Origin: an uncultured delta proteobacterium
GTDB taxonomy: Bacteria; Desulfobacterota; Desulfuromonadia; Desulfuromonadales; JACZKF01
Assembly: GCA_963816395.1 (NCBI GenBank)
Contig: CAWFKQ010000007.1
Span: forward strand, 387,738 to 451,737
Direction: 5' to 3'
DNA: 64,000 nucleotides
Positions 26,792 through 35,954 of the stretch are shown here, in pieces. Made by a program: the position numbers and the translations under genes. The number at the start of each line of letters is the position of its first letter. Within the stretch, counting starts at the first letter, position 1. The notes beneath the pieces were generated by a model that had not been told where the DNA came from, did no database searches, and was given only the letters and a program-made list of their open reading frames with translations.

Positions 26792-26879
26792 TGGTGCCCG
26801 GGACGGGGGTTGAACCCGTACGAGGTTACCCATCGAGGGATTTTAAGTCCCTTGCGTCTGCCAGTTCCGCCACCCGGGC
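26792..26879 (-). tRNA. tRNA-Leu (anticodon UAA), class II long variable arm, CCA encoded
   Basis: Minus strand GCCCGGGTGGCGGAACTGGCAGACGCAAGGGACTTAAAATCCCTCGATGGGTAACCTCGTACGGGTTCAACCCCCGTCCCGGGCACCA. It shows a 7-bp acceptor stem, anticodon loop CUUAAAA and a TTCAACC T-loop. Confidence 0.9.
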
Positions 26880-26949
26880 GCGTATGGTGTATTATTGCGA
26901 TTGCGGTCTCGATGTCAACTTTTAATGACCCTCGGCAAAGGAGAATTCC

Positions 26950-27436
26950 ATGGCCGGAAAAACCCTGAACTGCCCCAACTGCGGGGCGCCGGTAAAGACC
27001 TTCCGCAATCCCTTTCCCACCGTAGATATTATCATTCGGGTCGATGACCGGATCGTCCTGATCGAGCGCAGGAACGAGCCGAAGGGGTGGGCGCTGCCGG
27101 GGGGGTTCGTCGATTACGGGGAGAGCCTGGAGACGGCGGCGACTCGGGAGGCGAAGGAGGAGACCGGGCTGGAGACTGGCGAACCTGCGGCAGTTCGGCG
27201 CCTACTCCGATCCCGCCCGCGACCCCCGCCAGCACAACATCTCCGTCGTCTTCACCGCCGACGGTGCCGGCGACCTGCAGGGCGGCGACGACGCCGCCAG
27301 CGCCGCCCTTTTCCCCCTGGACGCCCTCCCCTCCCCGCTCTGCTTCGACCACGCCCGGATTCTGACCGATTACCGGGAGTGGCTTGCCTCACGCCCGGAT
27401 GAAGGGGCGTTCCGCGGGAAGCCATTCCAGAAATAG
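26950..27436 (+). pseudogene. NUDIX hydrolase with N-terminal CxxC zinc-ribbon, +1 frameshift
   Basis: [14 protein letters not shown]...[30 protein letters not shown] (Nudix box) then loses frame at about 27171-27180. The next frame continues [28 protein letters not shown]...[14 protein letters not shown]...FQK*, with stop at 27436. Confidence 0.8.
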
Positions 27437-27440
27437 ATGC

Positions 27441-28262
27441 CTATTCGAAAAAGCTGATTTCAGGAATATCGGCCAGCAGGCCGTACTTGTGGCAGAGAGA
27501 GAAGAAGAGGCGCAAGCCCTGGAGGTGGACCTCGGTGAGATCGAAGGACATGGCCCGCCAGTAGTTGACCAGCCCCGCCTCGCCGAGCCATTCCCGCTCG
27601 GGAGACTCAGCGGCGAGCCGTTCGAGGGAGGCGAAGGCGCGCCGGCGCGACTCGCCGAGCTGGGCGAGCAGGGCACGGACAGCGGCCGGCTGGGCGGCGG
27701 CGGCTGACCGGCGCAGGATCCACAGGGCGAAGACGAAGGGGAGACCTGTGTGCTGCCGCCACAGCGCTCCCAAGTCGTACACCCGCATCCCGGCCGGCGG
27801 GGCGAGGGCGGCCCGCAGGGCCCGGTCGCCAATGAGCAGGGCCGGCCGGCCGGCGGCGAGCAGTTCCTCCACCGGACCGTCGGGAACGGTGGCCTCGAAT
27901 GTCTCGAAACCGTAGAATTCGCGCAGCAGGACGTGCAGCAGGTTGACAGAGGTCGCCGATTCGCCGGTGAGGGCGATCTCTTCCCCGGCCAGTTCCCCGG
28001 GTTCCCGGGGGGAGAAGAGAAGGACGCTGAGCACCGGGCCGCAGGCGCTGATCGACTGTCCGGGCAGCAGCAGATAGTTGCGCCAGTTGCGGGCGTACTC
28101 GAAGGAGGAGGAGGGGCTGACGTCGATCTCCCCCGCCGCCAGTTGGCGATTGAGCTGCGCCGGCACTCCGGGTACGATGCGCCCGCTGAATCCGGCTGCC
28201 GCCAGGTAGTGGAAAAAGGGAGTGCAGTTGGCGTAGGTGATGTGACCGACGGTTAGATTCAT
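27441..28262 (-). CDS. mqnA: Menaquinone (futalosine pathway) biosynthesis protein, MqnA/MqnD family (chorismate dehydratase-like)
   Basis: 273 aa: MNLTVGHITYANCTPFFHYL...IDVSPSSSFEYAR...GESATSVNLLHVLL...PFVFALW, the VitK2_biosynth pattern. Confidence 0.7.
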   Translation of the reverse strand: MNLTVGHITYANCTPFFHYLAAAGFSGRIVPGVPAQLNRQLAAGEIDVSPSSSFEYARNWRNYLLLPGQSISACGPVLSVLLFSPREPGELAGEEIALTGESATSVNLLHVLLREFYGFETFEATVPDGPVEELLAAGRPALLIGDRALRAALAPPAGMRVYDLGALWRQHTGLPFVFALWILRRSAAAAQPAAVRALLAQLGESRRRAFASLERLAAESPEREWLGEAGLVNYWRAMSFDLTEVHLQGLRLFFSLCHKYGLLADIPEISFFE

Positions 28263-29758
28263 TCCGGATTCAGTAGCGGCTTCTGCCCTTCCGGGGAGAC
28301 TTCGCCGACCAGGCGGATTCCCTCGTGGTCGAGAAGCTGGCCGGTGGCCCGCAGGTAGGCCGTTATGGCCTGATTGTAATCGGCCAGGGCGGCGATGTGG
28401 TCGGTGCGGGCGGAGGCCAGGTCCTCTTCCCCCTGAAGCACGTCGCGGGTGGTCGCCAGCCCCACCTCCTGGCGCTTGACCAGGGTATCCAGACGCTCCT
28501 GGGCGAGGCGGCTGGCGAGTTCGGTAACTTCGATCTTCTTACTGTTTACTTCCAGATCGCGAATGGCGGTCCGGATCTCCTGCCCGATCTCCTCCCGCAA
28601 CTGCCCCAGCTGGGACTCCTGACTGCTGAGCAGCAGATTGGTCCGCAGCAGCTCGTTGCGGGCGGCGCGGTTGCCGAGCGGATAGGAGAAAGTGAAGCCG
28701 ACTTCCCAACTGCGTAGATCGGTCGTCCCCAGGTCGCTCACGGTGTCGCCGTAATCCCCCTCCAAGCCGGAATGCGCGTAATTGGCGGTCAGGTTGAGTT
28801 CGGGCAGCAACTGATTTTTGGCGATCTTCCTGGACAGCTCGAGCCTTTCGATTTCCTGCAGGTTACGCATCAGATCGGCCCGCATGGCGAAGGCGGCGCG
28901 CACCCCCTCTTCCTGGCTGACCTCGATCTGGGGGGCAGCGAGTGCCTCCGCGAACACTTCGACCTGATTCGGCAGATTGAGGAGCAGGGTGAGTTGGTCG
29001 AGAGCGTTCTGGTAGGCGCGCTCGCTATCCAGCAAATCGCGCTCGCGCAGTTGTTTGCCGACTTCCGCTTCGAGAATTTCCACCGGCGCCAGGACCCCGG
29101 CCCGCACCCGGGCCCGGTTCTCCTTCAGCACCTGCTCGGCAAGAGCGATGGAAGTGCGCCGGTAAGCGACCTCGTCCCGGTAGCGCAGCACGTCGTAATA
29201 GGCGTTGCGCACGTCCGTCAGCAGCTGAAAGGCCTGCTGGCGCAGATCCTGGACGGCAATGTTGCGGTCATGGACCGCGAAGAGAATTTCCTGTTCGGTG
29301 ACCGTCTTGCCAAAGCCGCGCAGCAGTGGCTGCACCAGGCTGAGCTGGGCGGTGCTGTTGTACTGCGGGTTGAAGAAAGGCTCTGGGTTAATGTCATCGC
29401 GTTGGTTATCGAAGCTGAGGATGATATCGGCGCCGCTGGGGAGCAGTTGGGTCAGGGAAAAATTATAGCGGCGATACCGGGTCTGGAGCGTCTGCATGGT
29501 GGAAACAACGCCACCGAGGGCGAAAGGTCTCTTCGTCTCCCCCGCCGCCAGGTCGGCCTGCAGCACCGGGTCATAGATGCCGAAGCCGCGGCGCACCAGG
29601 GCGGCGGCAGCGCGGGTGGCGTAGGTCTGGGCCTGCAGGTTGAGATTGCGCTCGATGGCCAGGCGCTCGGCATCGCGGAGATCGACGACCTGGGCGGCGC
29701 CGGCCGAAGCAGCGAGCAGGAGTACAAGGGAGCAAAGGACAAAAAATCGCATAAACAT
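28259..29758 (-). CDS. TolC-family outer-membrane efflux protein
   Basis: Trimmed to MFMRFFVLCSLVLLLAASAGAAQV (signal peptide). Two OEP repeats with coiled-coil-rich sequence (..YYDVLRYRDEV.., ..ALADYNQAITAYLRATG..). Confidence 0.85.
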   Translation of the reverse strand: MFMRFFVLCSLVLLLAASAGAAQVVDLRDAERLAIERNLNLQAQTYATRAAAALVRRGFGIYDPVLQADLAAGETKRPFALGGVVSTMQTLQTRYRRYNFSLTQLLPSGADIILSFDNQRDDINPEPFFNPQYNSTAQLSLVQPLLRGFGKTVTEQEILFAVHDRNIAVQDLRQQAFQLLTDVRNAYYDVLRYRDEVAYRRTSIALAEQVLKENRARVRAGVLAPVEILEAEVGKQLRERDLLDSERAYQNALDQLTLLLNLPNQVEVFAEALAAPQIEVSQEEGVRAAFAMRADLMRNLQEIERLELSRKIAKNQLLPELNLTANYAHSGLEGDYGDTVSDLGTTDLRSWEVGFTFSYPLGNRAARNELLRTNLLLSSQESQLGQLREEIGQEIRTAIRDLEVNSKKIEVTELASRLAQERLDTLVKRQEVGLATTRDVLQGEEDLASARTDHIAALADYNQAITAYLRATGQLLDHEGIRLVGEVSPEGQKPLLNPE

Positions 29759-29853
29759 ATCCCTCCTGGGAGGGGCCGCAGGGCGGCCAACAAAACTGGA
29801 TACTTGTAGCATATCAGATGCCATAGCGCAATCCCACGCCCAAACGTTTCCGT

Positions 29854-30783
29854 TTACGCGGCTGGCGCCGATTCTCGCAGAAAAGTCAGCAACGCTTCGA
29901 GGTCGCTGGGGACGGGTGATTCCAGGCTCAGCTCTTCGCCGGTAACCGGATGGCGCAGCTGCAGGCGCCAGGCGTGCAGCATCTGACGGGGAACCTGCCG
30001 ACCTCGCACCGCCAGCGGTCCGCCGTAACGCCGGTCTCCCAACAGCGGGTGGCCCGCTTCGGCCAGGTGCACCCGAATCTGATGCGACCGGCCGGTCGGG
30101 ATCTCAACCTCAAGCAGGGCAGCATCGGCGAATTCCTCAACCGGCCGGAAACGGGTGATCGCTTCCTTGCCGCCTCGCTCTACCGATTTCATCCGATTGC
30201 CGGCCCGGCTGCGTGCCAGTTGCGAGCGGATTTCCCCGGCGCCAGGGTGCCCGGTGGCAAGAGCGAGGTAGGTCTTGCGCAGCCGGCCGCCGGCGACCGC
30301 CTCGGAAAGACCCCGATGGGCACGGGGATGAATGGAAAATATGAGGACACCGGAAGTCTCCCGATCCAGCCTCTGCACCATTCCGAGACTGGGTTGCTGC
30401 TGCGGCCGGAAGGGGTCGTGAAGGAAGGTGAGGAGCGCCTCGTATAAGGTTCCCCGATAGCGGGCCGGAGTCGGCTGAGTCTCGATGCCGGCCGGCTTGC
30501 AGACGGCGAGCAGATAGCGGTCCCGGTAGAGAATATCGCCAGCCGCCAACCGCCAGGGGTCGAGGGACCCGGTGTCGAGATAAATCTCCACCAGTTCGCC
30601 TGCCCGGACGGGGTAGGAGCAGTGGCGCACCCGACGACCGCCGGCGTGCGCACCACCCAGATCGATGACGCGGCGCAGCAGGGTGCGGGAGAGTTCGACC
30701 GTACAGGCTGGGATGAATTGGTCAAGGCGCATCCCCGCCTGGTGTGAAGCCGGAACAAATCGGTAATGCCGCTGTTCAGCCAT
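29854..30783 (-). CDS. RluA-family pseudouridine synthase (RluD/RluC-like) with S4 domain
   Basis: Trimmed to MAEQRHYRF (ATG 30783). Motifs VQRLDRETSGVLIFS and PTGRSHQIRVHLA. Confidence 0.85.
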   Translation of the reverse strand: MAEQRHYRFVPASHQAGMRLDQFIPACTVELSRTLLRRVIDLGGAHAGGRRVRHCSYPVRAGELVEIYLDTGSLDPWRLAAGDILYRDRYLLAVCKPAGIETQPTPARYRGTLYEALLTFLHDPFRPQQQPSLGMVQRLDRETSGVLIFSIHPRAHRGLSEAVAGGRLRKTYLALATGHPGAGEIRSQLARSRAGNRMKSVERGGKEAITRFRPVEEFADAALLEVEIPTGRSHQIRVHLAEAGHPLLGDRRYGGPLAVRGRQVPRQMLHAWRLQLRHPVTGEELSLESPVPSDLEALLTFLRESAPAA

Positions 30784-30797
30784 AAAAAGGTTTCCGC

Positions 30798-30825
30798 TTG
30801 ACAGGTCCGTTCCGAATGCTAACAT
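30798..30825 (+). promoter_or_regulatory. Sigma70-like promoter TTGACA-16-TAACAT pointing into an unassigned 380-nt region
   Basis: cTTGACAggtccgttccgaatgcTAACATt seen directly. Its function is unknown and it could be fortuitous. Confidence 0.3.
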
Positions 30826-31208
30826 TAAAAAAAATTGATGCCACTTAACAATCTCTGGAGTGACGGCCCCCGGGTTTGTCGCGAAGGCCAACAGTCGGAT
30901 CAGGGCTCCTTGGACAAGTCATGGTGAGCCAGCCCGCCGCGCAGCGGGACGCCTGAAGTGACCTGCAAAGGGCAAATACTCTTTCTCAGGCCAGGTGATC
31001 AGATAAACTCCGCCGGCACTCCAGAGCCCCACTTTCAGGAAATTGGCATTACCCGGCCCGGGACGATCGCCCTGCCTGAGGCTCAGTCCTCCCCGAGGTC
31101 GGATCCGAAAGATACGCTGCCGCGTCGGAACCGCCAGGAACTCGACCGGAGCCTTTGAGTAGGGTCGCTCAGGGCATTGTGGATCGCAGCCGTGTGGTGC
31201 CAATTGTA

Positions 31209-31251
31209 ACAAGACAAAGGCCCCGTCGCATGACGGGGCCTTTGTCTTGTT
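31209..31251. terminator. Bidirectional intrinsic terminator hairpin downstream of ihfB
   Basis: AACAAGACAAAGGCCCCGTC-gcat-GACGGGGCCTTTGTCTTGTT, a perfect 20-bp stem. T-rich run follows on the plus strand (ttgtttg). Confidence 0.8.
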
Positions 31252-31280
31252 TGTTTGCCGTTGTGAACAAGCGCCTGGGT

Positions 31281-31565
31281 TCAGACTTCGGTATTGACCC
31301 TTTCCCGCAGCTCTTTACCCGTCTTGAAGAATGGGGTCCGTTTCGGCGGGATTTTGACCACATCGCCGCTTTTCGGGTTCCGCGCTTCGCGGCCGTCGCG
31401 CACGCGGATGCTGAAGGAGCCGAAGCCACGGATTTCAACCCTGCCGCCCTGAATCAGCGTATCACCGATGCTGTCGAAAATGGTGTTGACGATCAGTTCG
31501 GCCTCTTTCTTGTTCAGGGATCCGCTGTGGAATGACAACCGTTCGATCAGTTCACTTTTAGTCAT
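31281..31565 (-). CDS. ihfB: Integration host factor beta subunit
   Basis: MTKSELIERLS...RVEIRGFGSFSIRVRDGREARNPKSGDVVKIPPKRTPFFKTGKELRERVN closely parallels E. coli IHF-beta. Confidence 0.9.
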   Translation of the reverse strand: MTKSELIERLSFHSGSLNKKEAELIVNTIFDSIGDTLIQGGRVEIRGFGSFSIRVRDGREARNPKSGDVVKIPPKRTPFFKTGKELRERVNTEV

Positions 31566-31576
31566 AGCAATTCCTC

Positions 31577-32470
31577 CTATTCAACACCAGACCACAGGAA
31601 CCGCAAGCCGGTGCCGGACTGCTCCCGCAGACCCCGCCGCAACCCGCTTAGCGTCTCATCGACCAGAAAATCCAATAACCCGCCCCTCTCCCGGGGCGGA
31701 TAAACGACATTAGGTTCACCAGAGATGCCGCCCATCTCCGCGGCTATATCAATGGCATCCTGCAGATTCCCGAGTTCATCGACCAGACCGGCTGCCATGG
31801 CCTGCCGGCCGGTGAAAATGCGGCCATCGGCGAGGCTGCGCACCTTCGCCGGATCCAGGTTACGCCCTTCGCTGACGGCGGCGATGAACTGCTCATGCAC
31901 ATCATCGAGCATCTCCTGCAGAATCTTCCTGTCCGCCTCCGACAGAGGGCGGACCGGCGAACCGATATCCTTGTGTTCGCCGCTTTTTACTACCTGGGTG
32001 CGAAGGCCGATTTTTTCCAGCAATCCCTGAACGTTGGGAAACTGCATGATGACGCCGATGCTGCCGGTAATCGTCCCGGGATTGGCCAGAATGCGCCGGG
32101 CAGCCGCCGCTACATAGTAGCCGCCGGAGGCAGCAACCGACCCCATGGAGACGATTAACGGCTTCACCTGCGCCGTTTTCTTGACTTCTTCGTAGATCTC
32201 CTGGGAAGGCCCCACCCCGCCGCCTGGCGAATCGACCCGCAGCACAATCGCCTTGACTGCGGCATCATCACGGAAGCGGATCAGGTCATCAATGGTATCC
32301 TTGGAGGAATCGATGATCCCTGTAATTTCAACAACTCCCACCTTATCGCCGAATGCGAATTCATGGCCGCTAAGGCGGGTGAGAACCAGCACGATCCCCA
32401 GAAAAAAAAGGAAAATAACAGCGAGGATCACCAGAGCCAGCAGAATGGGATTTTTTTTCATTGGGGGCAC
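31577..32470 (-). CDS. sppA: Signal peptide peptidase SppA (36K type)
   Basis: N-terminal TM helix, then ..KAIVLRVDSPGGGVGPSQEI..MGSVAASGGYYVA..GSIGV.. Confidence 0.9.
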   Translation of the reverse strand: MPPMKKNPILLALVILAVIFLFFLGIVLVLTRLSGHEFAFGDKVGVVEITGIIDSSKDTIDDLIRFRDDAAVKAIVLRVDSPGGGVGPSQEIYEEVKKTAQVKPLIVSMGSVAASGGYYVAAAARRILANPGTITGSIGVIMQFPNVQGLLEKIGLRTQVVKSGEHKDIGSPVRPLSEADRKILQEMLDDVHEQFIAAVSEGRNLDPAKVRSLADGRIFTGRQAMAAGLVDELGNLQDAIDIAAEMGGISGEPNVVYPPRERGGLLDFLVDETLSGLRRGLREQSGTGLRFLWSGVE

Positions 32471-32523
32471 AGGTAATCGAGGAGGCCCCCGCCCGAGGGC
32501 GGGGGCTCGCTAGAACTGGAGAA

Positions 32524-34257
32524 TTATTCCTCGTCCTTATCGTTGCCGGCTTTCCCCATGGCACCCTGAAGCAGGTCCCCGAGATTGGAAGTGGCTTTTT
32601 TCTGTGCCCCCAGATAGGCGTCCACCTCGGCCTTTTCTTTCTGGTCGGCAAGGTGCTTGATTGACAGTGCGATCTTGCGCTCAGCGGTATCGACATGCAG
32701 AACCACCGCTTCCAGCTCGTCCCCGAGCTTGGCAAAGCTCTTGGGCGAATCGACCTTCTCCTTGCTGATCTCGGAAACGTGGATCAGCCCTTCGATACCC
32801 TCCTCAACCTCAAGGAATATACCGAAGTCGGTGACCGAGGTCACTTTGCCGTGAATGATGGTGCCGGGAGTGTAGCGCTGCGGGATGGACTGCCAGGGAT
32901 CCTGCTGGAACTGCTTGATCCCGAGGGAGAAGCGCTCGTTTTCGCGGTCGATATTAAGTACGACCGCCTTGACGATGTCCCCCTTCTTGTACAGTTCGGA
33001 GGGATGCTTGATCCGTTTGGTCCAGGAAAGATCGGAGATGTGCACCAAGCCGTCGATCCCTTCATCAACCCCGACAAAGATACCGAAGTCAGTGATGTTT
33101 TTGACCTGCCCCTCGATGATGGTGCCGATCGGGAACTTCTCCCCGATCACTTCCCAGGGATTGGTCTCCGCCTGTTTCAGGCCGAGGGAGATGCGGCGAT
33201 TGGGGATATCCAGGGCGAGCACCACCGAATCGACTTCATCGCCGATATTGAGGATCTTATTGGGATGCTTGACGCGCTTGGTCCAGCTCATTTCGGAGAC
33301 ATGGATCAGACCTTCGACCCCTTCCTCCAGTTCGACGAAAGCGCCGTAGTCGGTGAGGCTGACCACCTTGCCGCGCACCCTGGATCCGACCGGGTATTTC
33401 TCCTCGACGTCGTGCCAGGGGTCGGGCGTGATCTGCTTCAGACCAAGAGAGACCCGTTCCCGCTCGCGGTCGAACTTCAGGACTTTGACCTTGATCTTGT
33501 CGCCCACCCCGAGAATGTCCGAGGGATGATTTACGCGGCCCCAGGACATATCGGTGATATGCAGCAGACCATCGATCCCGCCGAGGTCGATGAAGCAGCC
33601 GTAATCGGTAAGGTTCTTGACCACCCCTTCGACTTCCTGTCCCTCGGAAAGGGTCTTGAGGGTATCTGACCGCAGGCTCTCCCGCTGCTCCTCCAGGAGC
33701 ACCCGCCGGGAAAGAACGATATTGCCGCGCCGCTTGTTGAGCTTGATAATTTTGAATTGGAAGGTTTCGCCGAGCAGTTTGTCCAGATTGCGGACCGGCC
33801 GCAGGTCGACCTGGGAGCCGGGGAGGAAAGCATTGACGCCGATATCGACGGACAGGCCGCCCTTGATCCGGCTGACAATGCGCCCTTCAACCACTGCGTC
33901 CTCTTCCAGAGCGTTCCAGATTTTCTGCCGGTCCGCCTTCTCCTTGGAGAGGCCGATCAGACCATTTTCATTTTCGCGGCGTTCGAAAAGGACATCGACC
34001 CGGTCGCCGACCTTAACCTCTGCCTTGCCGGTTTCACCGGCGAATTCGCTGAGAGGGATCAGCCCCTCAGATTTATAACCGACATCGACAATGACCGAAT
34101 CCGGGTTGACCTGGACGATCGTCCCCTCGACCACATCGCCGACGTTCAACTCGCGGATGCTCTTCTCGAAAAGCTCGCTGAAGCTCTGCTCGTTTTCGCC
34201 GAACTCCGTTTCTTCAAGCTCGGGATCGTGTTGGATAGTTCCTTTGTCTTCAACCAT
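32524..34257 (-). CDS. rpsA: 30S ribosomal protein S1
   Basis: Trimmed to MVEDKGTIQHD (ATG 34257). Six S1 repeats (..G.V..VT.FG.FV.L..GIDGL.HISD/E.SW..). GC hairpin GGCCCCCGCCC-gag-GGCGGGGGC at 32484-32507 downstream. Confidence 0.95.
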   Translation of the reverse strand: MVEDKGTIQHDPELEETEFGENEQSFSELFEKSIRELNVGDVVEGTIVQVNPDSVIVDVGYKSEGLIPLSEFAGETGKAEVKVGDRVDVLFERRENENGLIGLSKEKADRQKIWNALEEDAVVEGRIVSRIKGGLSVDIGVNAFLPGSQVDLRPVRNLDKLLGETFQFKIIKLNKRRGNIVLSRRVLLEEQRESLRSDTLKTLSEGQEVEGVVKNLTDYGCFIDLGGIDGLLHITDMSWGRVNHPSDILGVGDKIKVKVLKFDRERERVSLGLKQITPDPWHDVEEKYPVGSRVRGKVVSLTDYGAFVELEEGVEGLIHVSEMSWTKRVKHPNKILNIGDEVDSVVLALDIPNRRISLGLKQAETNPWEVIGEKFPIGTIIEGQVKNITDFGIFVGVDEGIDGLVHISDLSWTKRIKHPSELYKKGDIVKAVVLNIDRENERFSLGIKQFQQDPWQSIPQRYTPGTIIHGKVTSVTDFGIFLEVEEGIEGLIHVSEISKEKVDSPKSFAKLGDELEAVVLHVDTAERKIALSIKHLADQKEKAEVDAYLGAQKKATSNLGDLLQGAMGKAGNDKDEE

Positions 34258-34357
34258 TAAGATGTTACCCCCTAGCGATTTTCTGTCGCCTGTCGACAGC
34301 ATGGCGCCATGGCCATGAAGAAGGACCATAACATAAAGACTCTAAAAAAACAAACTC

Positions 34358-35197
34358 TTATTTGCCGATTTCGGTCAACTTCTCCACCACTTCCTCGATG
34401 ATCCAGCGGGGCGTTGAGGCACCGGCGGTGACCCCTACGGTGGAGACGCCGCTGAACCAGGCGGGGTCGATCTGCCCGGCAGTTTCCACATGATGGGTGC
34501 GCGGCTGGATGTCGGTGCATATCTGCGCCAGACGGGTGGTGTTGGCGCTGTTATAGCCGCCGACCACCAGCATCAGGTCGGCCTGGCGAGCGATCGTCCG
34601 CGCCTCGTTCTGGCGCACCATGGTAGCATCGCAGATAGTGTTGAAGACGCGCATCTCCTTGCTCTTGCCAAGGCATATCTCGACCACCTCGCGCAGGTTC
34701 TCCAGCGACTGGGTGGTCTGGGCCACTACCCCCATCCGCCGGCGGCGCGGGAGTCGTTCCGCCTGCCGGCGGTCGGCCACCACGAATACCTCGCCATCCT
34801 TGGCATAGGAGATGATGCCCTGCACTTCCGGGTGGTCTTTCTCCCCGACCAGGACCACCGCATACCCCTCTTGCCGCAGCAGGGCCGCGTATTCCTGGGC
34901 CTTCTTGACGAAAGGGCAGGTGGCATCGACGATCTCCAGTTCGCGGGCGAAGATGGCCTCCAACTCCCCGGCGGTCACCCCGTGCGAGCGGATGATCACC
35001 GCCCCGCCCGAGATATCTTCGACATTGCGGATTACCTCCACCCCTTTCTCTGCCAGTTTCTCCACCAACTGTGGGGAATGGATGATCGGCCCGAGGGAGC
35101 AGAGACGGGAATTCTGGTCGGCTGCCTCGAAGGCCATCTGGGTGGCCCGCTTAACGCCGAAGCAGAAGCCGGCGCTCTGAGCAAGTATGATTTTCAT
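34358..35197 (-). CDS. ispH: 4-hydroxy-3-methylbut-2-enyl diphosphate reductase
   Basis: MKIILAQSAGFCFGVKRA...GPIIHSPQ...ATCPFVKK...VVGGYNSANT, IspH/LytB hallmarks. Confidence 0.95.
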   Translation of the reverse strand: MKIILAQSAGFCFGVKRATQMAFEAADQNSRLCSLGPIIHSPQLVEKLAEKGVEVIRNVEDISGGAVIIRSHGVTAGELEAIFARELEIVDATCPFVKKAQEYAALLRQEGYAVVLVGEKDHPEVQGIISYAKDGEVFVVADRRQAERLPRRRRMGVVAQTTQSLENLREVVEICLGKSKEMRVFNTICDATMVRQNEARTIARQADLMLVVGGYNSANTTRLAQICTDIQPRTHHVETAGQIDPAWFSGVSTVGVTAGASTPRWIIEEVVEKLTEIGK

Positions 35198-35201
35198 ATT
35201 T

Positions 35202-35292
35202 CCAGGCTAGAGGCAAGGGGCAAGAGGGGATTATTCCGAGGTTCACGGGTTTGAGGCTTTTTCCTCTAGCCTCTGGCCTCTTGCCTCCTGCC
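35202..35292. repeat. Inverted pair of tandem heptad arrays, unit AGGCNAG (family A)
   Basis: Left arm CCAGGC|TAGAGGC|AAGGGGC|AAGAGGG (35202-35229). Right arm 35263-35292, whose reverse complement is GGCAGG|AGGCAAG|AGGCCAG|AGGCTAG|AGG. The right arm encodes the last 9 codons and stop of cmk. Confidence 0.85.
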
Positions 35293-35946
35293 TTCTACTA
35301 TACGCAACATCTCGGTTAAAACTTCTTCAATCGACATCTTCGTCGAATCAATGACCACGGCGTCGGAGGCCTGGAGCAGGGGGGCATGCTCGCGGGCACT
35401 GTCGGCGGCATCACGTGCCTCGACTTCGGCAATGGTCTGTTCCAGGTCGACAGCCAGACCTTTCGCCCGCAGTTCCTCGTAGCGCCGCCGCCCCCGTTCC
35501 CGGGCGCTGGCGCGGAGAAAAAATTTCACTTCCGCCTGCGGAAAAACAACGGTGCCGATATCCCGGCCTTCGAGAACCACGCCGCCGCCCTCTCCCATCT
35601 GCCGCTGCCGGCGAACCATATCCTGCCGCACCGCCGGGCAGGCGGAGATGCGGGAGGTGAGCAGGCTGTTTTCCGGAGTACGGACGGCGGCGGAGACATC
35701 CTCGCCGTTCAGCAGAACCTGCTCGCCCTGACGGCCGCCGAAGGCGATGTCGAGATTCCGGCAGAGCCGCTCCAAGCCAACGGTATCCGCCGGGTCTATC
35801 CCCTCCCGGCTGGCGGCCAGGGCCACCGCCCGGTACATGGCGCCGGTATCGAGGTTGAGATATCCCAGCCGCTGGGCCAGCAGCTTGCTCAAAGTACTTT
35901 TACCGGCGCCCGAGGGGCCGTCGATGGCAATGATCAATTCGCGCAT
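35266..35946 (-). CDS. cmk: Cytidylate kinase
   Basis: Trimmed to MRELIIAIDGPSGAGKSTLSKLLAQRLGYLNLDTGAMYRAV (ATG 35946). The 10-codon N-terminal extension in the ORF track is a translation of the GGTTCAA repeat. Confidence 0.9.
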   Translation of the reverse strand: MRELIIAIDGPSGAGKSTLSKLLAQRLGYLNLDTGAMYRAVALAASREGIDPADTVGLERLCRNLDIAFGGRQGEQVLLNGEDVSAAVRTPENSLLTSRISACPAVRQDMVRRQRQMGEGGGVVLEGRDIGTVVFPQAEVKFFLRASARERGRRRYEELRAKGLAVDLEQTIAEVEARDAADSAREHAPLLQASDAVVIDSTKMSIEEVLTEMLRIVEGRRQEARG

Positions 35947-35954
35947 GGTAAGTG

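Noticed and set aside
30830-31208. tmRNA, RNase P RNA, 6S or SRP RNA in the unassigned gap
   Set aside because: None of the hallmark strings were found on either strand: GGAAAGUCCGG and ACAGAACCCGGCUUA for RNase P, a tRNA-like CCA end and tag ORF for tmRNA, or GGAAGCAGCCA for SRP.
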